Shown: positions 34,290 to 45,685 of the stretch, piece after piece
Layout of the letters: every line of letters starts with the position of its first letter
How positions within the stretch are numbered: position 1 is the stretch's first letter
Source of the DNA: Marsupella aquatica
Lineage: Eukaryota; Plantae; Marchantiophyta
Assembly (NCBI GenBank): GCA_973895155.1
Contig: OZ316891.1
Span: 10,913,875-10,977,874, forward strand
Length of the DNA stretch: 64,000 nt
Reading direction: 5' to 3'
Translations under genes and position numbers: made by a program
The notes under the pieces: model-generated
Database searches by the model: none
Seen by the model: only the letters and a program-made list of their open reading frames with translations
What the model was told of the DNA's origin: nothing

Positions 34290-37200
34290 TGCTGTTGAAA
34301 GTTCCAACATGGAGCAGTGCATTACAGCCGAACAACTTAGTTTGACTCACTCTCTGGAAAATATTGTATGACAATTTATCGCTGTGTGTAAACCACGCAT
34401 GCCACCTCAAATTATAACTGGAGCAGTGCATTACAGCCGAACAACTTAGCTTGACTCTCTGGAAAATATTGTATGACAATTTATCGCTGTGTGGAAACCA
34501 CGCATGCCACCTCAAATTATAACTGGAGCAGTGCATTACAGCCGAACAACTTAGCTTGACTCTCTGGAAAACATTGTATGACAATTTATCGCTGTGTGGA
34601 AACCACGCATGTGAAATGGCGTGCATATTTTACTTTGTTACTGAAGGGGATATATAACCTCAACGAGTACAGACAGGCCGCAGCCAAGACACAGCGATCC
34701 ACAGCGCAGCAAGAAAACTTGAGCAGTACGCCTGCATCACGATGCATCACGATACTTACAATCTGAAATGACGATGCAAAAGGACTGTTCACTGATACTA
34801 AACTAACTATCACTACACATAGGTCAGGATCTTGTTCAGGTAGATCCAGAAGAAACAGAAGCGGTTTTGTCTGCTCCTGACAAGATGCTATATATATTTC
34901 ACCTATAACAGAACAGAATAACAGATCCAGTGACTCCCAACCTGCCATCACAAGTGAGTAAAACGTTTACTCAATATCAACGTCGGTTTTTGGAGTATGG
35001 GGCAATTGCTCAGAGGCCTCATTGCAAGGGAGGTCTTTTATCACCAGTGAAGAAGTAATAAATACACTAAAACATAAATATAAATAAAGTAGATTTTTAT
35101 TATTTTTAATCCCTAGCTTTATGAAATATTATAGTAATATTCTCACACTTGGTATTAAAATTCACTATAGGTGATTTGAACACCTCTATATTTCTTCAAC
35201 AAATTTTTTTAAGTTTTTCACGTAATTGAATTAAAAAAACCCTAACTTCTTCGTGCGCAATGGGCAGGAAGAAAAAAAATGAGAACTCCGGGTCATAAGG
35301 TCGCCATTCCCTGCTGGTAATCACACATCAAAATGTGACTGCATTCATTGATTGAAAAGAAAAAACTAGTATTATCACTGTATGCAGGGGTGTCGTACAT
35401 AATATATGTCATATTTTGATGTGCAGTTACCGAGACCCGTCGCCATTTGATGTCAACAACTCCCAGAGCCTCTCAGTGATATAATTTTGTCAACCCAGGG
35501 GTTTCTTCCTGGTCAGCTGAGATAAGATAGAGTCCACCAAGCCATGCTGGACTCCCGTGCTGGTCATGACTTGTAGGGTATATGAGGCTGCTGGCAGAAT
35601 GTGCAAATAAGGATCATCCAATTTCGCTCCGAGGGTCCTCCAGTGGACAGCTCCTAGTGGGTTGCATTTATGCCTCCTAGGCCCTTCTGGATGAATGCAA
35701 CCATGTGGATCAATGTTCCTGATCCAAGTGGGGTTGGCCAGGAGGCATCAATGCAACCCACTTGTGTTTTGTGAAGAGTATGTTCATAAACTCAGGTGTG
35801 ATCATGGGAGTCAGAGGTCACACGTGATGACATAAGTGCTGTGATGGCGAGTATTGCCTAGGATTTGAGATTTCATGTCCAAATGGAAGGATGACGTGTC
35901 AGGGAGGTATCAACTGTTGTGTATGAGTAAATTTTGAGCTATATGGTGAATCCACCGTTTCAGATTTTGTCTCATTCATATTTTCTGTCAAGTATTTTGA
36001 TTTTAATGTGCCTTAACAAGGTAAATCATTTATATTAATCTGATTTTGAATTAACTTTAGGACCCCTCTTAATTTTAGTGAACTTAGAGTATTTTGAATG
36101 TATTTGGCTCCCCTCATCAAGGTTTAATCTTTCCTTTTCAATCACTCCTTAGTGAATTCTTTTTTTTCTCATGAGAGTGTAAGAAATGAATTTGATCAAT
36201 GTGAACATCTGGTGTATTAAGTTCCCCTCATGGTTTACTTTGCAAAATTTATGGTTTTAATTGAGTTGAATGTCATTACCTAGAAGCAAGTGAAAATCTG
36301 TACTGTATGTGCACAACTCAACCCTTTAGAACCTTTGTACTTTCTTGGTCATAATGTGATTTTATGTGCATATATTTTACATGTCCCTACTTAAATGAAT
36401 TACATATCACTAGAAGACAAAAAAAAGACATGTTCCAGGATGAACATGCTATATATGCTATATCCAAATGGAAGGATGACATGTCCAAATGGAAGGGTGA
36501 AATGGACGGGTTTATCTTGTCTTTTGTAGGGTTAGAATTTGTGACCTTGGGGATGTGCTTCTTGCAGATCCTACTAGTGTGAACAATGTAATGGTTGTTG
36601 CCCATGCATCAAGTCATGGTGTAGCCAAAGCAGCCTGGCTCCAGGAAGAGGCATAAATATGCTAATTGCTACCCTAAGATTTGTTTTACCCCCTTCCTCT
36701 GGAGGTTATTGGGGCTTTACATCCTGACCAACTATCTTTGACCAAAGCAGACATAACTGAATAAGGACAAAACTGACCATGACTCTAAACTGAAAGTGAA
36801 CAAATTGAAGGTGGACAAAGAATATATATAATGGAGCAAAGATGAACTATACTATAGAATTCATCTCTATTTTAATCACGCTAATGCAGACCCGCACGTC
36901 ACAGCCATGTTCTATTGTAGGTCAAGAATATTATAACCATGAAATTTTCCTGTCGTTAAATTATCTAGGCCGTCAGATCGAGCTAAACTAGATTTTCCTC
37001 TACTACCTAGACCGTCAGATCGAGCTACATTTGGTGAATTCCCCTTGCCCAAAGGTGGGTTTTCGTGAGTAGCGTCTCATTCTTTCTTTTCTCAAATGCT
37101 CTGTTCCAACACGAAGCTGCTGGCGCACTGGAAATTTATGTTCCATTCTTCTTTGGATGCTGCTCGGATTCATGAATTGCTTGGATGATGAATCTCTTGG

Positions 37201-37320
37201 ATTGATGAATGTCCTCTCCGTGCGCAACTTTCGTATGGTCGAAGGCTGAATGAGAATTGAAGCAAAGAAAAGGAAATTGCCGTCTGCAGTGCTCCGCTTG
37301 CTGGGTTTCCTCGGTTTACG

Positions 37321-38941
37321 ATGTCTGCAGAAACCTCCTCACAACAACAGACGACCACCACCGGTTCCAAAGGTATTATCTGTCCGCTCCTCCCTTCAAT
37401 CTGTTCAGAAAGGAGATATCCACTTCTCCAGAAGTTTTCTTGAATTCATTTGATTTGATCGAGACGATAATGCAAATGGTTGAAACGCTTGTCGTTTCTT
37501 GAACGGGCTTTGGAATTTTAAGGCTGGCTGGACGCTTTGGATAATTTTTTAGATCGTTTTCTGTGGGCTGTACTGTAGTGGTCGTGCTCTTTCGAGCAAC
37601 CGGAGATGCACCCATTCTCAAGCAATCCAAATTCAAGGTACTCAATCAAGTTTGCCTCGGTATCAATTAATTCCTAGGTCATCGTTGGTAATAGACGGCA
37701 TCGGTTCGATGCCGGAGTCCCATATTCGCTGTAGTTCCGTGATTTCTTTGGAGAGTAGAGGTAGGAATGTCCAAGGTTCTCTTTAATTGGAAAATTTTAC
37801 AGAGGTGTAATGTCCGTAAATAGTGACTTTGAAGTGGACCGAGGCTCTCTATTATGGGAAAATTTTACGGAGGTAGAATTTTCTAGCAATGGTGACAGTA
37901 TCAAGCAATCCACGATAGGGAATGCACTTCTTCTTTTCATTCCAATCTGGGGTTGATCGATTAGAGAAAAATCAACGTTTACTGCCTGAAGGCTTCAGAC
38001 GTTTGACGAGTACCTGGACTACTACGATGGGTCCTGTCTGCAATCTCATGGTTTCATGTACTTCTCGTGAAGCGCAGATCGGAAGTTGGGAGCGGTTCGC
38101 CAAAGTGATTGATTTCTTGCGAAAACAACTACATCGGGAGACTGTTGTAAGTGTTGTTGTGACTCCGATTTGGAGAATGACATGTTGTGAAGTGAAATCC
38201 ACTTGACATTTTGGTTATTTGGATCTTTTGTGGACAGTAATTGTATCTTCGTGACACTGGTCTGAAAGGTTTACTTTGGGTATTCCCCTAGAGGTATTTC
38301 GGGTTGGCTTGCGTTAGTGCGAAAACCAGCGTAAGAATAATCGATTAAGTTTTTTCAATCTAAAGCTTGATGGGAATGCAACGTTACTTTATGGACAAGG
38401 TACTCATCTAGTTACTTTCAAGTTCAGGCCAATCCATTGAGTCATGGATTTTCTAGGAAAGAAAATGTTCGATCCATATGGTTTCTTGTAAACCGACAAC
38501 TCATGGTTTTTAGAAGAGTTTTTTTTATGTGAGACGGGAATTCCAATGTTGAGTCAACCGTAACATTCTCTATGTCCACTGACACCTGTTGTCGTTGGTT
38601 TGCTGCAGTTTGTGTATATCAACAGCGCTTTCTCTCCAAACCCTGATGAATTTGTCAAGGATTTGTTTGAGGTAAGTTACCATTGGTATGATGAGCATGA
38701 AGCTGATGACTTAGATAAAATGGATTATCAAAGAATTTATGGTTGCATGAGGTCTCGTCCTTAACAACATATCTGAACAGTTATCTGTTTAAAATTCACT
38801 CTAAGGTTAACTCCACCGGTTTTAGATGAAGATCTTCATGGCGGTAACCTTTTCGCTATTGTTGGGCGTTCTCTTGGACAGAACTTTGGTATTGATGGTA
38901 AACTGGTGGTGAACTATGCCTGCACCGTGGCCTGGGGATAA
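37321..38941 (+). CDS. ATG12: Ubiquitin-like autophagy protein ATG12. Exons 37321-37372, 37579-37637, 38078-38146, 38609-38671, 38882-38941
   Basis: Spliced product MSAETSS...[84 protein letters not shown] with the terminal Gly. Confidence 0.96.
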
Positions 38942-39618
38942 AACCAACGGACAGGAAAGATGAAGAACTAAATACACAGCACTGCGGCATGCACTTGTGA
39001 AGAAGTCGATTTTTGGTATTGGTGAGGTTGCGGACCTTAAAATTCATCTCTTCACATTCCAGAACTGGTTTCATTTTAGGTTGGTTTCTGGAATTTTAAA
39101 TCGTTTTGCAAGTAAAGTTTGAAAAGTTACTAGAATGGGATAAAACAAAAGTAAATATCCACTCGATATTTTGCAGTTAGGAAAGGCTTGACCGCGCAGT
39201 GTTCCTTTGCTGTGCAGACATACTCTCCGGTGTCCAAGTTTTGTGTGAATTCATGTAAAGATTGTGGGACCTCAAGATCAAGCCTTTTGCTCCAAGGATA
39301 AGAAGATCATGTTCACCCCGACCTCTCAACACTTACACACGTAAATAATTCTGTCGTCCCGAAATTGTGAAATAAAGGGGATCCATCTGGCTGCACCTGT
39401 ACCGTCTCATTGTTATTTTCATGGCATGCAGTATATTTTGAAGACCTTAGCTTAGATTGGTAGAATAACAAGATCATCTCGTTATTATTTTAATGGAATG
39501 TATGTTTTGGGGTCCTCAGCTTAGACTCGCAGAATAAAAAGATCCTAATCTTTCCTAATCTTCCGTTCAGCTTCCGTTCAGCATTGTTTGATTTTGAGGT
39601 CTTGACTCGATTGTCAAG

Positions 39619-39712
39619 TTCCAGCCCTGTGCTATTTTAATTTGCACTGTTTCGATAAACTCAAATTCCAGCCCTGTGCTATTTTAATTTGCACCATGTT
39701 TTGATAAACTCC
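39619..39712. repeat. ~47-bp direct duplication
   Basis: TTCCAGCCCTGTGCTATTTTAATTTGCAC...GATAAACTC occurs twice. Confidence 0.8.
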
Positions 39713-40681
39713 CGGCAGAAAACGAATTCTCACTTATTTGTCATCGAAATGTCTGCCTGAGGTTGACAGACTAACTCTAGTTGCAACCCAAAAAATCTGT
39801 CCCTACTGGTCGGACAAGAATAGAAACCCCATTGTAGATGTAGGAGCTTCATTGACTTATGAATTAATCATCTCCGCTGTGTCAATTCACTTTCCAAAAT
39901 CTGCTATGAAATCCTAACGAACTTATGCCCTGCCATCTAGTCACCTACCACTCGATCTGGCCAACCGATTCTTCTCTCTTCGACAAAACGGTGTCTCTTG
40001 CTAATAATGGATTGTTATCAGGAGATGAATACCTCACCCAAGCCAACCGTCGTCTACAAGATCTGCTTACTAATGCCGGTATTCAAAGAGCAGTGAAGGA
40101 ATTGCGGAGTCAACCAACTCCATTGCTCCCTCGGTGATCAAAAAGACCCTTTCTAAGGGTGTTCTAACATTCAGACCCAGTTCTCCAAAAATTTCTTGAT
40201 CTGCACAGAACCACAGAAAAAAGAATAGCAAATAAGAACCCAAGCGCGCGTGAGTTTATGATGTTGAGGCACGGCAGAGCTGGATAGGAAATACCTCAGC
40301 GAGCTTTTATGATGAAGAGGTAATTAACCGAAGAGCCTCTTTACCAACATAGAAACTTACAAATTTACGAAACCAGCGTGACTAGCGACCATCATTAAAC
40401 CACGAGATAAAGGTGAAGGTCTTAGTAATGATGAGCGGCACTATTGACAATGCAAAACGGTTGGACTGTCTATCGGGCCTTAGATGTATATTCTTTGATA
40501 TGAAACATTGGTCATTTGTCTTTTCCGTTCCAATGTAAGAAACCCGAGAGGACAATGAAACGACTACACGAATAATACAGTCAACCACTGACAAGAGAAA
40601 CAAACCTCATCCAAGTTGTTGTCCCTTACCCGGGGAAGTATTACGAAAGATTTAATCTGATCTTCAAAGTGAGCCAGTGCA

Positions 40682-41680
40682 TCATTTGGCATTGTCTGTC
40701 AACTGGGCACCACTCTTCGAGTCACCAAGTAGTTCTTGAGTGAGGGCAAGCATCGCATCATTGAAAACACCAACTTGGACTCGCTCCTCGGCTCGCCATT
40801 TCTCCTCCTTCTCTTCTCTTATCCGCTCCCGAATTGCCTCCTTCCTCTCCATAGACTCCAGGAGATCTGTGAAGAACATTTCCTGCCGTGCAATCACCGA
40901 ATCTAACAACCTCTGGACGTCGCTGCTGGTTGCCCCCTGCTTTTTCTTTCTAGAAAGTGGCTGGGGCATAACAATTTCTACCTGCTTCTTCTTTTTTGGT
41001 GGTGGCATCAATTGCAAGGGTCGTGCCTGCGGCAGCGAGCTCAAATGTTGTAGCGGAGGCATAAAGTTCAAAGGTTGTGGCTGTAGTCCAAATTGTGGGC
41101 CATGCAGAGCACTAGAACCTTCATCCATAAAGTGATCCAAGTTCATTTCTGATACATTCATTTCTACTTCTACTGCTAGACTGTTACCGTTTCCCCGCCT
41201 CCTCTTCCTAGGAGGAGCTTTGGTTCCCTGCAATTGCGCAATTTCAACAAAATCAACTATTTCCTGGTCCACATATCCAACTGCGTGCTGATCAACGCAA
41301 TCAAATCCTTGATTTTCAATAGAGAAACTCTCAGCTTCTTGGCTCCCTACTCCTACAGCCGGTGCTACTGTTGGCAACTCACTAATCTGTACATGATTGC
41401 CATTCCCTGCTTGTTGATTGCCTGGTGGGAACTCACTTTCATCCTCTTCTATGTTCTCACCTTCCAGAAGCAGACTCTTGAAGCTCTCCCTCCCGCCCAT
41501 CACGTCATCTCTGTAAAGTGGGTCCTCCCCCGCAACTAGATCTCCCGTCAGAACGAGATGATGAGCCCGGCCCATTCCAACCTCATCCATCCCCTCTCCG
41601 TCAAGGAGGAGGCTTTTGAAACTATACCTCCCGTTTATTTCCAAATCTCCTTCACATCTGAAGACCCCGTTGGCTTCCAT
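40682..41680 (-). CDS. Protein with acidic N-terminus, basic NLS-like patches and a C-terminal GT-2 trihelix-type coiled coil; no trihelix DNA-binding domain seen
   Basis: Single long ORF with first ATG (MEANG) after a TAG acceptor. VQRLLDSVIARQEMFFTDLLESMERKEAIRERIREEKEEKWRAEE resembles the central helix of GT-2/GTL1 factors. PPRKRRR and PPPKKKK are present. Confidence 0.7.
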   Translation of the reverse strand: MEANGVFRCEGDLEINGRYSFKSLLLDGEGMDEVGMGRAHHLVLTGDLVAGEDPLYRDDVMGGRESFKSLLLEGENIEEDESEFPPGNQQAGNGNHVQISELPTVAPAVGVGSQEAESFSIENQGFDCVDQHAVGYVDQEIVDFVEIAQLQGTKAPPRKRRRGNGNSLAVEVEMNVSEMNLDHFMDEGSSALHGPQFGLQPQPLNFMPPLQHLSSLPQARPLQLMPPPKKKKQVEIVMPQPLSRKKKQGATSSDVQRLLDSVIARQEMFFTDLLESMERKEAIRERIREEKEEKWRAEERVQVGVFNDAMLALTQELLGDSKSGAQLTDNAK

Positions 41681-44429
41681 AGCTCTAAGCAGCAGCAAAG
41701 ACACCTATATCTCCAATCTGCTTGTTCAAATCCCGAGAATTCCATGACCTCCAATACCTGGGTCGTCCACAAACATCTTGAAATCCCCCTACTCTCCCTT
41801 CCCCGGATCGCTCGGACCGACTTCGTCTCTGGTCACTGCAAAGTGGAAACACATGAAGACCAAGTGAAAACAAAAGAGTAAACAGCAGATACACGCGCAA
41901 ATAAAATGCCCCAGCTTTGAATCCCAATGGTAACCACACATAGCTCGCCCTGTCTACACAAATAATTCAGCAACTGCTCACCTAGGAACATTCAATTCGC
42001 CCTAATTAGGGTCATCCAAATAATGCAAACCGAGTCCCAGAATTGTTGCCATTCTACCAATAGACACAGGAGTGACAGCCAGAGAGGTTCTGCAGTGTCA
42101 ATAAACGTGCACGTTGGATTCGTTTCAACACTCGTCAAACAAACGGGATCCGTAGGTCCCCAGAGCACATTTAAAACATAACGATCTCATAATTGCCTCA
42201 AGATTGTAAAGATTGGCCCCACAACGAGTAACGACCTCATGCAAAATCTAATTATTCAAGTTAACAGGAAAAGAACCTTCTGAGTTGGACAACTAATGAA
42301 TGTTGTCTAGGCTCTCCAATCCCAAAAATTTTAAGCAGGCTAACGGTATGGGAATGCATGACAACACAGCTAAATAGTTCTATAAAATACTAGAAATCTC
42401 AGGACCACTGCTGTTCGTCTCAACCTCTCCCTTACATATTTTCCGGGCCTGCATTGCACTAGAGAGCCGTGGAAGGACACCCGAAAGAGAAAAAGAATGA
42501 ACAAATCTGCTTTATAGACCCACGAGCAGTGACAGTGAATAATGCATGGGCCAAGTATATTTCCAATGCGCTGATCACAATCAACTGAGGGACTCGCTGA
42601 TTGTGACACCCACACAAAACGAATTCTTGAAGCAGAAAGCCTCACCTCCACAATGTGACAGTTCCGGTTGCGAAGCGGAGAACGAATGACTTTCAAGAGG
42701 AAGCTGCTACGCTCAGGAGTAGAGGAAACCAAACATCTTCAGGTTAACCCATGTTGTACAGCAGTCCTCATCCGCATCTTCCCCCTGTCTTTCACTCCCT
42801 CCTCCCTTCTCCCTTCTCCCATCCCTTTTCTTCCATCTCCGAGCTCCGCCGATCACATTGTAGAGCCGAAAATACCGAACAACAGCTACTCATCCGAGCT
42901 CATAGATCTCGTCGGTGGATCAGCAGAAGATGTGACTTTTCAATACTTCAACACCTTACACACTTCACTTTAGACAGACTGTCTCGTTTTCCCAACCCAA
43001 ATCAGCGAAGATTTCTTGAACCCTCTTGACATTCTCTTCCGATCTTCTAGCCACTGCAGAGCAGAGCTGAGCTGACTCCAACCATCTGGACAGTGACCGC
43101 ATGAGCTGAGAAAACGAGCTGACGTCTGAACTGACCTCAGACAAGACAGGAAAAGATCAAGCCCACCCCCTAAAGTCCTCAAATCAGACTCACAAGCTCA
43201 AATCCAGTGACACATTGACTCCTCCTCGACTCGCATGATAAACCCAATTGCTTAATCGGCCAACACGAAACGCATCTGAGAGGAGACGCGATGCGGAGGA
43301 GATCGATTCAATGTTCGGCGTGCGCCAATCTGAGGCTTGGAAACCACACTTGCGATACTCTCGAAGTGAAGGATCTCTGCTCAGAATGGGCAGAGAGAGA
43401 ATTTGCGGCGCAAGACGAGAGCAGAGTGCTTAATTAATTAGGAACTGGAAGGTTACTCGAAACCCTAATCCTTGTTTAGGCTTTAATCTAATCAGTAGTG
43501 TACCGTCTCTCATGGGAATGTAATTTTACACTCCTCCCTTCTTTTGGAGAGAATATATATATCCTAAACTATAATACAAGGTTGCGCCTTTTTATGAAGT
43601 GGTCGTGGTTCAAATTTGCAGTGTCCAAAAAACATTAATCATGTCAAAGAGAAGTAATAAAGGTTATATTAAATTTAGTGTGCACCAAAACAATAATAAA
43701 TACATTACACACAAACGGTGAATCAAATGGGAGACACAAAAGTAGGGAGCCAATGCTAGAACCAATGTGGCACACAAAACAAGAGAGTGAATGTACATGC
43801 ATGAGTATCAAGAAGGTATACACATGAAATACAAAAATACATAATATATATGATACTGTATATTATTACAAGTATTACAATATTAAAAAATATAATAATG
43901 ATAGTAATTGAATTAAAATAACTTAATTAAAAATAGGTTAGATTACAAAGACAACATCAAAAGCTATAATAAATTGTTACTTTTTTTATTATAGTAGTCA
44001 TTCAAATTTGCAATATCCCAAAAATGAAAAACATGAAAGAATGAATTCTTTTGTGAATGAAAATGGAGAGCAATGTTTCCAAGCAAAAAATGAATTTAAT
44101 AGTACAAAGAAAATAAGGAGGGTCTCTAGCAATGCAAGAGTATCAAGGAGACCTCCCTTTACCATGTACCACTATAATCTTGATCCGGTCCCTTTACAAA
44201 CTACAAAAAAAGTGACAATCAATCTTGAATGTTCACCAAAACATATTTTTTTCCACACTTTAAGATCTAGCCATACACCCCTTCTAAAAATAAATTCCTG
44301 CCCAAGTTACCCTTTAACCTTCCCATACCTGCCACAATTGAAAAAATTAATCAAATTTTAATTAAATTTATTAATATATAAATAATTCTATTTTTTGGAA
44401 ATAATTTCAAATATAAATAAAATATAGAT

Positions 44430-45620
44430 AAAATAGTTTCTCATCTTGACATCTTTTCTTCATACTAAGATCTTCTCACCTCAAGATCTTTGTTCATCTT
44501 GACATATTTTACTCACCTTGAGATCTTTTCTCACCTCAACATATATATTATATTTGTCTCATTTTGTCATATTTTTCTCACCTGGTCATCTTTATCTCAC
44601 CACAACATCTTTCTTCCCCCTCAACATTTTTTCCTCATATTGACATCTTTTTCTCATCTCACCATCTTTTCTCTCCTTGACTTATTTTTCTCACCTTTGA
44701 ATGTTTTTTCTCTAATATGATATCTTTTTCTCACTTTGCTATATTTTCTTTCCTTGACATATTTTTCTCAGCTCGACATGTTTTTCTCTTATCGACATCT
44801 TTTCTCACCTTGATATATTTTCTCACCCCAACATGCATCATTTGTGCAATGCACAGATATCAAGCCCGATATGTACTTAACAACATCTTTTACTTCACGA
44901 CATCTTTTAATAGTAATGACATATTTTATCTATTGACCATGATTTTATACTTAACAACATCTTAATACTTAACTACATCTTTGGCATAACGACATCATTG
45001 GCGACATGACATCTACTTACTTGACACAATTTTTTACTTGATGACCTTTTGGGCAACATGCCATCTTTGGCAAAATGACTTCTTTTTCTTAACAACATCT
45101 TTTTACTTCATGACATTTTTCACATAAGAACATCAAATGTTCTTGGGAAACACAACATATAATTCTCTTAAGAGCATTTTGGGCGCCACAACACTTTCCT
45201 CTTAGCGACATCTTGGGGGACACTACATCTTGGGCGCCACAACATCTGTTTTCTTAACAATATCTTGGGCACCATGATATCCTTGTTTTAATGATATTTT
45301 GGGTGACACAACATTTTTTTTCTTAACGACATCTTTTGTGCAATGCATGATTAATTTCCCTTAACGATGTCATGGCCGACACGACATCTTTTCTCTCAAT
45401 GATGTCTTTGCCAACACAACATCTTTTTTTCAAGGACATCTTGGCTGACATGACAGTTTTTTTCAACGACCTCTTGGCCAACATGACATCTTTTTTTCTC
45501 AATGACTTTTTTTCTCTCAACTACCTCTTGGCCAACACGACAGTTTCTCTCTCCATGACCTCTTGGCTGACACAACATCTTTTTTTCTCAACGACATCCT
45601 GGCCGACACGACTTCTTTCG
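44430..45620. repeat. Degenerate minisatellite (~19-33-bp units, core GACATCTT)
   Basis: TTTTCTCACCTTGACATC-type units grade into TCTTGGCCAACACGACATCTTTTTTTCTCAACGAC-type units. Confidence 0.75.
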
Positions 45621-45643
45621 TGCAACGCACAGGTATTGAGCTC

Positions 45644-45644
<1 letters not shown>

Positions 45645-45683
<39 letters not shown>
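45645..45683. repeat. (TA)n microsatellite
   Basis: Uninterrupted TA run. Confidence 0.95.

Positions 45684-45685
<2 letters not shown>

Larger units (their letters stand above)
33991..34610. repeat. 105-bp tandem repeat array carrying the tRNA-containing insertion
   Basis: GCCACCTCAA.TTATAACTGGAG at 33991, 34401 and 34506. The CAGTGCATTACAGCCGAACAACTTAG...GTATGACAATT block is present four times. Confidence 0.9.

Noticed and set aside
33991-34626. Repeat array as a CRISPR-like locus, and the 209-aa minus-strand ORF over it
   Set aside because: There are no unique spacers and no cas genes, and the context is eukaryotic. The ORF is just translation of the tandem repeat and antisense tRNA-like copies.
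35000-36900. AT-rich segment with repeated TCCAAATGGAAGG
   Set aside because: Probably old repeat-derived DNA, but no termini, TSD or coding remnant could be identified.
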